Both the position numbers and the translations under genes were made by a program. A DNA stretch of 64,000 nucleotides, taken from Lama glama (lineage: Eukaryota). A model generated the notes under the pieces. It did no database searches. It saw only the letters and a program-made list of their open reading frames with translations, and was not told where the DNA came from. The stretch's first letter is position 1, and each line of letters starts with the position of its first letter. Shown here piece after piece: positions 12,309 through 24,554 of this stretch. The stretch covers positions 79,672,001 to 79,736,000 of the forward strand of contig CM052816.1 of the NCBI GenBank assembly GCA_028534125.1. The letters are read 5' to 3'.

Positions 12309-14019
12309 CACTATTTGACCAAGCACTTATATAGATGGTGGTTAAACTCGGCAGAATTTTAATCTTCAGAAAGGTTTCACCTGTCCAGAAGATGCTGCAT
12401 ACTGATCTGTAAAGAATGCCCACAGAGCCTGTTGGCATGAGGTTGTAAACCAGCATGTTATGTTCTCCCAGGTAGAAAAATACATCGTCCAAACATGCAG
12501 GGGGTGACAGTAAACATGGGTCATATGTGGTGTGACATCTTCAAAATCCTCTCTCAGCCACATGTGATCGCTTGTCACCCCTGCCTAACAATAGTTGAAG
12601 ACCTTAAAACAGCTGTCAGGAGCCCTTGGAAGAAGACCTCAGAAATAAGAGCCCAGAGGAAGATTCCAATGTGTGTGGACAGAGGAGGAGAGCAGTGGAG
12701 CCGATTAACTTCTTGCACACGCGGAACCTGTCGTGGCCACAGTGTTCTCTCCCTCCTCAGAGCCTTTCCCACTTAGGAAAGCTTTCAGATCTATTCCTTC
12801 TAATCATTAAAAAAAAAGGAGTTTACTGGGTCAAATTATTTTAGCCTCCACTTTATTCCTTACCTCACAAAGAATTGCACTTAATCTGTAGATGAGGTCT
12901 GATGCGTTGGGAATTGAGTACCGCAGATTGGGATTATTAAACTTATTAAGAGAGAGAGAAGGGCTCCTTTAGAAGAATAACACAGCCTGAGTGGAATCTC
13001 TCATTTAACAGGCATAGAAATGCCTATTAAGAAATTTTCTGTCTAGAAATGTGTCTGCAGTTAATGGTTACATTAAATAATTCAAAATTAATATACACGC
13101 ACAGTATCTCTCCCTCACAACTTTACTGAATTTAAGGGAGCTAAATCATTCTTTCCTCACTGATACTACACCAGCTGGAAGGTCTGGGCTCACCCTTCTA
13201 TTAGAGTAACTAGTAGCTGGACTCTGACACCTGACTAATTAGTGTACAGCAATGCCGGGGTTAGTAATCATGACTTTGATAAATTGCAGCTCCTAATGAG
13301 ATCACTCTTGGTTAAACAGCTAGAATGTCTGGTGGAATTCCAATGTAAAAATGGTCAGCAGAGCTTAGCTGGTTGTTGGATTCAACTGCATATCCCAGTA
13401 AAGGTCCTAGGACAAATTGTCATTCCTGTGGACTCTCAAGACGTGAACATTTTAGGGCTTAGCTGAATGTGCTGCTCAGTACTTTTGCCCAAGGCCATCC
13501 AATCAACGGCACATTCTGAGTGCCTACCATCGGCCACTGCTCTCAAGCTTGAATTGATGTAGGAGGTATATATTTTCATTAAAAAAATTGAACAGCTGGA
13601 CAGAATGATATGCAGCGTGTATCCAAATGAGAAGGGCAGAGGAGTGCCGGATGAGGTCACAGTGTGACACCCCGCACTCCCCAAGCACTGACAGTGACAG
13701 ATAGCGCTTTACCTGCTCTCGAGTGTTCTTGTTCCACCACTCAAGCCTGGAAGCTCCATGAGGGCAAGGCTCGTATCTCTGCTGTTATACATCTGTTCTA
13801 TTCACCTGGCCTGTAACCAGCAATCAGTGAAAGGCTGTAGCCTGATGAAGCTACATAGTGGAAGTCAGTATTGAAAGATGGGCAAATTTTTAACACACAA
13901 GGAAGTTTAATGGCGGGATGAACAGATGAGCCAAAATAAGTAGCAAGTATTACATGTCAAATATAGCTGTTCATTTTCCCAGCAGACATTCACAGATCCC
14001 TCACCACTGTGGATTACCG

Positions 14020-14352
14020 ATACATACTATGACGTAGATGATCGCCAAAAACATTGTGCAGAACGAAAGAATACAACCACAAAAGACCATGTATTTGATC
14101 ATTCTGTGTATATAAAATATCCCGAATAGGTAAATCCATAGAGACAAAAAGTAGATTACTGGTTCCCAGGGCCTGATGGGGGCGGGTAGTGGTGAGTGAC
14201 TATTGATGTTACAGAGTTTCTTTTGGTTGTCATAAAAATATTCTGAAACTGATTGTGGTGCTCAACCTTGAGAACATATCAAAAAAAAAATGAATCGTGT
14301 GCTTTAAAGGGGTGAATTTTGCGGTATGTGAATTATTTCTTCATTATAAAAA
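14020..14352 (+). mobile_element. Old L1 (L1MB-like) 3' UTR
   Basis: ataggtaaatccatagagacaaaaagtagatt...ttctgaaactgattgtggtg...ggtatgtgaattat. Confidence 0.8.
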
Positions 14353-15323
14353 TCAAAAAAGGAGGTTAAAAAATTAAACTTGGAATTGTTGATGATGTTT
14401 TGAAGCAGATTGCCACATAGTGAAATTAGTTCTTGGTTTGGGGGAAAGCCATGAAAAAATTATAATTGGGAGAAATTATAAGCAAAGAAAGGAATGTGTC
14501 AGAGAAGACTGGGGGAGAATTAGATGATAACAAGAGACAGTACAGAGAGACTAGGTTGAGGTTTATGAGAATGATCAATCAGATGTACATGAGGGTGTGT
14601 ATGTATTTGCAATATATATGTACACATATAATATACTTTATATATCATAATATATAATAAATATATATATTCACATGAGAAAAATTCTCAAAGAATATAC
14701 CACTAAATGTTAACATCAGTTGTCCTTGTTCAGTGGGATTTCTGGTGCTCTAAATCCTCTTCCTTTTGTTTCTTAATATTCTCTTACTTTGTGTGCAGTG
14801 ATCACATAGTTATAGTTAAATCGAAAGGAGAAAAAAGTGAGGGTGGAAGGACATTGCTGAAGAAAGTGTACTCTCTGATCAGACCAAGAAAGTAGGGGTC
14901 TTTGTCAGTCTTACTAACAAGTAATGTCCTGCTGGAGGAGATCTGTCTTCACTTTGAGAGAAAACACATAGACTATGGTGAGCATCACTACAGAAAACCT
15001 GAGCATGGCTTAGCCTCTAAAATGCTAATGCTTGGAGGGCTTGTTCTAAAAAACACTGGAGGCAAAGCATACAAAGGCCTTTTCTCCTTGTGCAACAGAT
15101 TCTCCCTCAAGTTGAGGCAACCACATGTATACTCTGTGTAAGTAACTAGGTATTAGGCATATTACAGATCAATATCTGTCTGTCTGTCTGTCTGCCTATC
15201 TATCTATTTATCAATCTTTAATCTGATTATGTCTACAAGACAGTTGACACCTAAAAGTAATGAAAATTGATTTGCTAAGTCACGAAATAACTTTAAAGTC
15301 ACCCTTAAGATTAAACCAGTGCC

Positions 15324-15502
15324 AGGGGAGCAGGGGGAGGGTATAGCTTAGTGGTAGAGTCTGTGCTTAGCATGCAAGAGGTCCTGTGTTCAATCCCCAG
15401 TACCTTCACTAATAAATAAATAAGTAAAAATAAGTGAACCTAATTACCTCCCCACAAAGCTAACAAAAAATTAAATAAAAAAAAAAGAACCAGCTTTAAA
15501 GA
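15324..15502 (+). mobile_element. tRNA-derived camelid SINE (vic-1-like)
   Basis: A box tagcttagtgg, B box gtgttcaatcc, aacctaattacctcccc body, A-rich tail; imperfect TSD AAGATTAAACCAGTGC (15307-15322) / AAGATTATACCAGTAC (15503-15518). Confidence 0.9.
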
Positions 15503-15964
15503 AAGATTATACCAGTACTGGGCTTTGAGCCTGAGCCGAGCATCTATCACTGATGAAGCCAGACCCCTTCTTGCTTCCCTGGGCTTACAGTCTAGTCAGG
15601 CAGGAGCCAGGAGGGGGCTGGCCCAGGTATGATGAGCCCCACAGGCCCTGTGGTGCTCAGGTGGGGCCCTTACCCATCATTTTCAGCCTGAAGCTGGAGG
15701 GCAGAGACAAGAGCCCCAGCCTGGAGGAGACCTCAAGGGTACAGTTAAGTTGTCAGGTCCCAAAACAGGTTATGGAAGCAAGAGCCTGTCCAGCAACAGG
15801 AGCCAGGAGATGGAGCCCAAACAGAGTGGCTTGAACATGGGGCAGAAGAAGGGGATTCCCTGGAAAAGAAGGTGAAGGAAGGGAGTGACGGTGGAGGGGG
15901 CAAGGTGACGATGGAGGGAGCAAAGTGGCGGCGTCTCCGCGTTTGTGCCTGGCGTTGGGCTCGA

Positions 15965-16150
15965 CAGTGTTCACAGCAGCAATGTCTGTAAGAAGAAAGT
16001 GTGGGAAACAGTTACCCATCACCAGGAATGGACAAGTTAATTGGGGGTTTTCAAATCATCAGATTTTCAGCAAAGAAAATTAATAAACCCGAGCAGCATG
16101 TGTCAACGTAGAAAATGAAGAACAACAAAAAACTACTTGCAAAAGGAACA
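15965..16150 (+). mobile_element. Ancient L1 (L1ME-like) fragment
   Basis: tgttcacagcagcaatgtctgtaa...gggaaaca...ccatcaccaggaatggacaa resembles the L1 ORF2-end/3' UTR. Confidence 0.5.
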
Positions 16151-16752
16151 CATGCTGATAGTCATTCCCTCCTTTCCCATTTCTTTCACAAGTTGTTTGC
16201 TGAAACATCAGTTGAAATGTCTTGCAGTTGAGTGTGACTTGTCTTTTTAAAGAGGTGAGAGGCTGAAAAGTTTCAATTGCTTATTTTCAGTTGAAAATAA
16301 AAGATTAACAGGGCAGAATTTAACTTCTGAACTAGAAGGTGACTCTTGCCAGCGGCCTTTGAGGAAAGAAAGGTTCTGCGTTTTGTTTCCCAATTTTCTT
16401 CCTTAAATAAATGGACACAGATGTCAGGCCAGGCTTGCCCCTTGAGTTCTTAAATGATTCTTCCAGATCCTTTAGTACTGAGCTGTGCAGGGTCCTGCAG
16501 GCCTGCTTTGGCTATTTCTCCTCCACTGGAATGACACTCCCTAGAGAACCAGATCAAAGCTAAGGAAGAGAGAAGACAGGTAATGCATGGATCCTGTGCC
16601 CAAAATAATCATTTCATTTTCTCTGCCGGCCAGCCCATCACCACAGAGAAGGATTTCTAGATTGTAAGAGGCCCTCATAAAATGAACTCACCCCTGAAAG
16701 ATAGTGAATTTTATAACATCCAACATCCTCTGTGGAATAGATCCTCCATTCT

Positions 16753-16831
16753 CTGGAGATCAAACCACGTAAGTAAACCAAAGATGGGATTGGGGGCGTG
16801 GGGAATGGAGAAGAGGGGTAGGAGCTGGTTA
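16753..16831 (+). repeat. 79-bp direct repeat, copy 1 (donor)
   Basis: 75/79 identical to 17646-17724 by manual alignment. Confidence 0.95.
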
Positions 16832-17329
16832 GAAGAAGGACAAAATGGCCAAAAAGTGTAGGGGCTCAGAGTGGAAATAAGAACTGCTTTGTCCACCAGT
16901 CAAGTTTTTTCAAGGCTCATTTTTCTGGAGACCAGCTTGAAAACAATCATAGCAACAAACCAAAACCAAACAAACTCCCCCAAAAATTTTAGGAAGCAAA
17001 ATTGAAATTCTAAACCCAAAGCAGGAACTTTCCTCTTATCCATGAGGCTGAAGCAAAAATTGAATTTGTTACATTTTTCACAGAACCATTTCCTGAACCA
17101 GAACTCATTTCTGCTTAAATAAAAATACAAAATTAGCTTTTCCTCAGAATAAATCAAGCCTTATCCATCACCCTAGAAGAGAAAGTGCCTCCTGGAGTGA
17201 AAACAGACACCAAGTCTCCACAATTGGTCAGGGTTAGTGGGATCTGTCCTCTGTGAGGAGGGACCTCTTGCTGCTGCAGAAACTGTGGGGAGACTGGAGT
17301 TGTCCCCACAGTGCAGGGTCCCTGCAGGA

Positions 17330-17600
17330 AACAGCAGTTTGAGAAGGGCCTGATGAATGAGAAGGGTACTCAGAACCACATGGAGTATCAGGGGTGGGAA
17401 AGTCCCACCTCAACTCCCAGAGGGACAGTTGCGTTGAAGGGACCACCTTGCGGGAGGCAGTGACCTTCAGACAGCCCAAGGTGACCTCACAGCAAGGTGG
17501 CAGGTGGAGAAATGCCCCATCCACACTCCCTCTCTCCCTCCCTCTCCTGCCAAGCCTCCCTGTGGGCCAAATTCATCCCAGAAGCCAGAAGGCAGGAAAT
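17330..17600. mobile_element. ERVL-type LTR fragment (LTR33-like)
   Basis: ggccaaattcatcccagaagccagaaggcagg motif; related to the 59898-60330 element; subfamily from recall. Confidence 0.45.
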
Positions 17601-17611
17601 ATTTGAAATAA

Positions 17612-17647
17612 GGGGGTGGATATAGCTCAGTGGTAGAGCTTTGTGCT
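17612..17647 (+). mobile_element. 5' head only (A box) of tRNA-derived camelid SINE
   Basis: gggggtggatatagctcagtggtagagctttgtgct aligns with the first ~35 nt of the three full SINEs; no B box or tail follows. Confidence 0.8.
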
Positions 17648-17724
17648 GGAGATCAAACCACGTAAGTAAACCACCGATGGGATTAGGGGCGTGGGGAATG
17701 GAGAAGAGAGGTAGGAGCTGGTTA
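17646..17724 (+). repeat. 79-bp direct repeat, copy 2, fused to the SINE head
   Basis: Offset 893 bp from copy 1, 4 substitutions. Confidence 0.95.
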
Positions 17725-20381
17725 AAAGGACACTTTTCATGTTTCACAAAATAGTAATCCATTTGGGATTTTTTTTTCACATATTGAAAAAATATGAAAA
17801 GCATTCTTAGATCACCGTGGGCTAGATTTGGCCCAAGGGCCAGGATGTGTATCCATATTGCAGAGTAAGGTATCCCAGCCCAGGAGAGAACTGATTCCGA
17901 GTAGTCATCCTCTCTGGCTCTATTCCGCACCCCAGAACCTCAGATCTCACTCACTTTTCCTCCGCACGGATGCCGTCACGTTAGACACTACAGTCAGGTC
18001 ACTTTTGCATTTTGTCTCTAAAGTGCCTTATTTAATAAAAGTCATTGTAGGTAAGACTGAAGTCATGGGACTCACTTAGAAAAAGGGCCAGGGGAAAGAA
18101 ATCCTTCTGACACAGACCCAGCCACAAATGCCAGTTACATCCTTGGTGCGTGTTGGTGGCTTGGGTTACACTTAAAAACACAGGGTGAGAGAGAGTATGA
18201 ATGTTGCTGGTTAACATGGCTTTAGTGAGAAATACAGAAAATGCCCCAAATTCCTTGCTCAGATCACTAACTCTGTATTTACCATGGAAGGAAATACTTG
18301 GGTTTGTGTATAAACTAGAGCCTCAGGAATTTGCCACATTCCTTGGATCAGAAGGAGCTCTGGTGGCCTATTCCCTGGACGGGCCTCCTTTGTTTGCTTA
18401 CTTAACATAACAGCCAAACATCCCCTTGAAATCCAAGGGCTTTCTCTTCTGCTGACACTGTTTATTTATATCACTAGGGTGGACAGCCCTCTGGTAACAC
18501 AGTCCAGTTTTTTCTGGGTTGAAAAGAAGCAGATGCGGGTCTGTGGTTTTTCTGACCTGAATGAGGGTGATAGGTCTGAGCTAGGAATGAATGCTTTGTG
18601 CCCTTTTTCTTTTCTTGAATGGAGAGCCCTCTGAGGAAAAGAGTGGGCCATGAAGGTTTTCTGGAGGCAAGAGAAGGATGAAGGATGCCAAAGCAGATAG
18701 TTGCCACTGTAACTCCACTTCTGGCTGGAACCACCACAGAATGAAGGGACTGTAGGTGAACTACAATCTAGAACAGCAATTCAGATGCCTTCCATGGGCA
18801 TCAGGCTCTGAGGACCACTCACTCACATTGCCTGTACAGTATTGTGGACCACAGTACGTCCCTGGAATCACTTATACTGGTACAATGTTGCCTGTTACAA
18901 CATTCGTAGTTATCAAGACTTTCTGGTTGCAAGTGGTGGAATCTAAAGCAAACTGAACCAAAGAAAATTAAATACATTTAAAAAAATAAGTATCATTACT
19001 CAAAATCTGAAAAGAACTCTAGATTGATCTCCAGACATCACTGCATCCTGTATTCAAGCAGCAAGCATCATCTCGCTTCCCTTTCTTTCTCTTACCTAAG
19101 CTTCCGTCTGTGTTGGTTTTGTGCTCTGACAAACTTTCTCCACATGGCAGAGAAGACAGGCTGCAGCCTTTCCAGACTCAGAGGGTCCTTGCAGCTCATG
19201 ATCTCAAAAGGAGAAAGCTCTCCACACACACGCACTTCAGCACCTGTTTCTGTCTCTGTGAGAAGACCTCGGTGTCCCCGCTTGAGTTGCATGCTCACCT
19301 TTGAACTTCTCAGTGAATCCGGGAGGCAGGATTACATTGACTGACTCGCTTGGGCCAGATGTCCACTGTTTGGTCTTACTAGAGGCATGAGGGGTGAGTG
19401 GGAGGCAGTTCTAAAAATGAAAGAAAGTGGGACAGATACAAAACTGAAAGCTGTGTGCTTCAGGTAAATTACCACACTGGTAAATTACTCATTTGTATTC
19501 AGTAAGAATGCGGTTTTCATAAACAGCAAATCAGAAAGACACCTGGTGAATCATCAGTTATCTCTAGACCTTTCTTTACTCTTTCTTCCTTTCACTGGGT
19601 TATGAGCTGAAGTAACACAAATGAAAAAGACCCCATCCTTGCTCTTGATATTCCCATGGTCTAGTTCAGGAAGGCATCCCAGAAACAGCACACATCCAAG
19701 GAGTGGCAGGAGATTGTGGTTATTTGCCCAAGGTGCTGATGATCCGCTCTGCCGTGGGTCAGAGACAGCAGAAATAGGACGGTCCATCTTCCTCTGCTGG
19801 TGTGAGGATTCAGACAGTGCAAAGACTTTGATGCCAGTGCTGAGGTCAGTGCCTTATGGAAGCCAGCACGAGTTCAGATGACTGGACTGTCATTTTCAGC
19901 ACCACACATAGGGTCTCTGAATACCCAAAGCGTGGCACTAGCAAACAGTTGGTTTACAGAGGGAGCCTCATGTCATGGCAAGAACACAGCAAGAAAATAA
20001 TGAATTTTCAGTCAGTGTTTTAATGGAAAATGAAGAATCAGTAGATTCCCCAACTGGGAAGGAGGTAGCAGATAAAACACACAATAAAAAAGTATTTTCC
20101 AGATATTGTTTGTGCTAAAACTCACCCAAAGCAATGTGAAAATATGAAGATAGATGCCTTTTCAAGAAGGGAAATTATAGTCTGCAAGGGGAAAAGTGGT
20201 AAACTCATCAGGATGTCACTTCTTTGGGTCTTCTCTTACCTTCTTCAGGCTTTCCAGTGGCTTTATGTCCTCAAGAAGCCTGGGGGTTTTGGAACCTCAG
20301 ACACTCATGAGTAGAATGAGGTGTTCGGATGAATGAAGGCCCACAGTTTTGTCCCGTGTGGATACTCTGTGATCCTGTGTC

Positions 20382-20419
20382 CACCTTCCTGATCTGTGTT
20401 CACCTTCCTGATCTGTGTT
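20382..20419. repeat. Perfect 19-bp tandem duplication (caccttcctgatctgtgtt x2)
   Basis: Seen directly. Confidence 0.95.
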
Positions 20420-21056
20420 CTGAGCTTACACTGGATTCAGCATGAGAGTCACCAAGCTCTGCTCTGTTCAGGAAAGAGGTCAAGTCCTCTCCTGGATGAG
20501 ACATCTCATCAACCAGGTAGTGGTTATTCAGACTGGCTATGATGACATCTACACCACAGCCCTCTGGAAGTGTCCATGAGGCTCCCTAAAATTCCATGCC
20601 TTGCATAGAAAGTCAAGCTATTGTGCTGTTAGAAATTTGGGCTGCCAGTGAGTTCTGTCCCCAGACCGGGTAGGAAGTGCATACTTCGGATCCAAGATTT
20701 TGCCCGTATGCCAGCCACATAAAGTCCCATTTACAGAAGGAAAAAGGAATTCGGTTTTTGACATTTTCAGGAAAGCTGAGTCTTAAGTAGCCTTCCATAT
20801 CATTTCTTTTGCATCAGAAAGCCCAATTAATCTATCATGGTCCCTCCATAACGGTTGTTTTTTTGTCCATGTTAAGTCTGTTTGTAAACACTGTGAATGT
20901 AGTGATTACAATTTATTTCAGGTTTTTGTTCCAGCCAGAACACATAGCACACGCTCAGTACATATACATAGAATGAATGAATACTCAGGCAGAGAGGCAA
21001 AGTTTTAAAAAATGGTAGGGAAGGTTGTTATTATACTATATACTATATATATGTAT

Positions 21057-21087
<31 letters not shown>

Positions 21088-21939
21088 ATGCTATATAATA
21101 TAATAAACAAATATGGCATGGAAGGACTCGAAATAAAATAAGATCTTCTTTGAATCCAGAGAAAATTTGTGATTTCCAAAATTAGTCCAAAGGGCTGTGA
21201 TTCAAAAGGAAAGCTTTAAAGGACAGTCTGCAAGAAAGGGGCAGCCTGGTGTCGATGTATCCAGGGGCAAGACCCTCAGGCAGAACATTTCTTGGATTAT
21301 TTCCTGGAATGTGAGATTGGCTTTGAATTAGGAGCGAGATTGAGGATGTAATGAGACATCCTAGGAGAAAAACAGACGGTCACCAGACTTGAGGAAGCTT
21401 TGGTGAAAAGCAGCCCTGCGTAGGCATCTGTAATTTTTCCACAATATCTCAACCCACATTCCACATGGCACTTTAGGAAAAAAGTGTTCATAGTCCTAAG
21501 CAAGTGAAACCAGCTATGAATAAACGTGAAGTCCTGTTTCCCCCCCCCCCCCCAGTTTCTGCCTCTGTTCCAAAGAGCAGGCTATTTTACAGACCACTGA
21601 CAATTGCCCTGCCACCACCTTGAATCGCTATGTAAGAACTCCATCTTGAACACACCTGACTAGTAGAAAACAGTTATTCTCCTTCTGAATATTTTCAGTC
21701 CAAGCACATTTTTGTGAATTTCCCCAACTAAATAAACATCATCACTACTTGTCCAGGCTGAACAAAGAAAGTAAATTAAATTCAAATTGTTGAGAGAAAA
21801 ATTTTTCCATTTTCAAGTTCTCTGGTCAATTCAGTGCTCTCTTAAGTTTAAAGAGAGAGTCAGCTAGCCAGGCAAGTGGGATAGAAATCCTTGCATCACA
21901 AATCTTCTAAATCTAATATTGGCCTATCCGAAGACAATA

Positions 21940-22420
21940 TGGTGGAGAAAACATGAGCTTTGGAGGTGGAGACCAGTGATCACATTCTAGCTCTTTTATT
22001 TGGAAACTGTGTGACCTCAGGGAAGTTATTTCAACCCTCTAAAAACTACACTGGAGAATGGAGATAATAATGGGGTTTATTATAATAGGCTCAGAGGGTT
22101 AGTTAGTCTGAAATGATGTAACACGTGTAAAATGGTAGGGTAGGTGCTCATTAGAGGATAACCATCAACCACTCATTCTCAAACCTTTACTGAGTGTCTA
22201 CCATGTGGTAAGAGCTGTTCTTGGTGCTCGGGAAACAGCAATGAACAAAACAGGGAATAACTCCTGTCCTCGGTGGAGCTAACAGTCTCCGTGTGGGAGA
22301 CAAACTAAACAAATAGCATGTCAGGTGGTGATAAGTGCTAAGGAGATAAACAAAAAGAAGAGAGGAATGATTTGGAGTGTCCAAGAGAAGGGAAGCGACT
22401 ACAAATAGAGCAGTCATGAG
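21940..22420. mobile_element. Adjacent MIR (~21940-22160) and L2 (~22170-22420) fragments
   Basis: tgtgtgacctcagggaagttatttcaaccctct MIR core; ctcattctcaaacctttactgagtgtctaccatgtg...ggaaacagcaatgaacaaaaca L2 end. Confidence 0.7.
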
Positions 22421-24519
22421 AAGCCAGAATGCCCCTAATGTTTGCAGGGCTTGGGAGAAAAGCACAAATGAAGGACTGTGGGCCAAATGTCTGTGTAGTT
22501 GATAAACTGTGAAATCAGTTATGGACCATCCTCCTACCTTAATAATAAACCTTCATTACACCGTACAAGGCCATGCTCTGACTTGGCATTCTCACACGCC
22601 TCCGAGTACTGCCCTGGAAAGTGAAGAGTTCTGCCCATGGCCAGGCTCCCTCCCTCCCTCTTGTTTTTTCCCCTCCCTACCACAAGGGCCCTCAAACAAT
22701 GCATGTGGAGAGGCAGGGAGTTGAGCCAGGAGGTGAATGCAGTACTCCAGGCAAATGGTGATCGCTTAGTCCAAGACGGTGGCCAGGTCGAACATAAGAG
22801 AAGTTGCCTTTTCTGTGTCCTGTAAAGGCAGAGTCAACAGGCTTTGCCAATGGACTGGTTGTGGCATAAAAGAGAGAGAGCAGAGGAGTGAAGAATGACT
22901 CCCAAGGCTTTTTAGCTTGAGCAACAGGAGACAGAAAGCCAATATTTTCATTTACTTTGCTATTCAGGAAAACATAAGGGTGAACGTAATGATAAACTAT
23001 ATTACTGAAGGCAGTTTAAAAAAAAAAAGCACCTGGATGATTTGAAGTACAGTAAAAATAAAAGTTTCTGAAAAAGAAGAGAGACCAATCTGTATTGCTC
23101 TGTCTGTGCAAGCAACGTGCAAAATGTGCATGTGTGTATCTTTCAAGACACTAATATTCACAGCCGGAAAGAATGATTTGCAAAATCATGAATAACCTTT
23201 TGTTCAAACTTCATTTTGTGCCTTTAATGAAAAGCTCAGCACCTAAAATTACTATGGTTCAGTAGGATGAGTCCTTGGTCTTAGCTTCAAGTCCTGGGCA
23301 TAGCCCTTATTAAAGCTTTGGGATCTCCAGCAAGTTCTTTAATTCTTTTAAGCCTCAGTTCCTCCCACATCTTAAAAATGAGGATGATGGTTGCCCATTT
23401 TGTCAGCTCGGAAACAGCATCCAAACCCCAGGTGTCATTAAATACTAATGGCCTCTATTTAAGCAGAAGTTAGTTAAACAAATATTTGGACTTACCCTTA
23501 TTATAATTTATACTCTCGTTCATTGTTCTTCCTTGTCATAAGCAATTAATGATGTTTTTCTTTTTTTTTTTTTTTTGCTGCGGTTTATGTGAGCAAAGAG
23601 GTGAAACCAGTTAGCTCAATTGGTTATATTCTGAAATTAATGAGGTGCCCTTTTTGTGTGTTCACAAATTAGCTCACTCTATTTCCTGGCCACACATCTC
23701 ACTCAGCGCCACAAATGAGTGGAACGGATTCCATATGAGTCAGACAAGAGAGTGTAAATCCATCACTGCTACTGAGGAAACAGCTCGGAAAACAAGCATC
23801 CCTGCTGATAGAAATACTTTCTTCCTCTTGGAAGGACGCAGCCTTGCATGCTTTGTGATGATGCCAAAGAAGAAATAAATACATTTTAAAAAAATGAGTA
23901 AAATGGAGGAAGGTGTGAGACTAAATAGCTATGAAGTTGAAAATGTGTCATGGGGTATTTAGGCACTGCGAAAGTTGAGACATGATTTTCATGGCCTCCA
24001 ACAGTCTCTACACCTTAGATTATTTGAGTTTCCAGGTCTGGCTTCCAGAATCTTTGCCTCCTCAAACATCAGCCAAGAAGTTGGATTCTTTTACTTCAAA
24101 GAGATCTTCCAGCTAAAGGGGTCTGTAATTCTATCAGTCTTCTATCTGGAAACTGCTCCTTCCATTTGGCGTAGAAAATATATTCACATATATTTTATTT
24201 AATCCTAAATTTTAGAATCCAGTTTTGGTGAACTACAGCAATTTGTCAACAAATCCTCTGGGATCTGAGAAAATTATTATCAAACCCAGTGAAAGGAATC
24301 ATCAATTCTGTGTGATGGATTTTGAAATCTGTCAGCAAGGCTCTCTCTGGAGACAAGGGATCTCACCATCAACAGGCTCTGCAGTAAATAAAACAAAGTA
24401 GGAGGGCACCTGGGACTTAGATACTGTTTCAGATGTAACCAAAAGGACAGCCATCACCCTTGGGTCCAGAAGACTGCATGAGGACAGGCAGCTGGCTTCC
24501 CGCAGTCTTGCAGAAATAA

Positions 24520-24523
<4 letters not shown>

Positions 24524-24553
<30 letters not shown>
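24524..24553. repeat. (GT)n microsatellite
   Basis: About 15 uninterrupted GT units. Confidence 0.95.

Positions 24554-24554
<1 letters not shown>

Noticed and set aside
12381..12580. Minus-strand exon candidate (cag|GGGTGAC...GACAG|gtgaaa)
   Set aside because: Weak pyrimidine tract and donor; peptide unrecognised and W/C/M-rich like random sequence
15324..15410. tRNA gene calls for the SINE heads (also 32698, 46231)
   Set aside because: They have SINE bodies, A-tails and (for 15324 and 46231) TSDs, and degenerate stems; these are retroposons, not tRNAs
21240..21360. Strong minus-strand acceptor tctgtttttctcctag
   Set aside because: No convincing donor follows and all frames stop without a recognisable product
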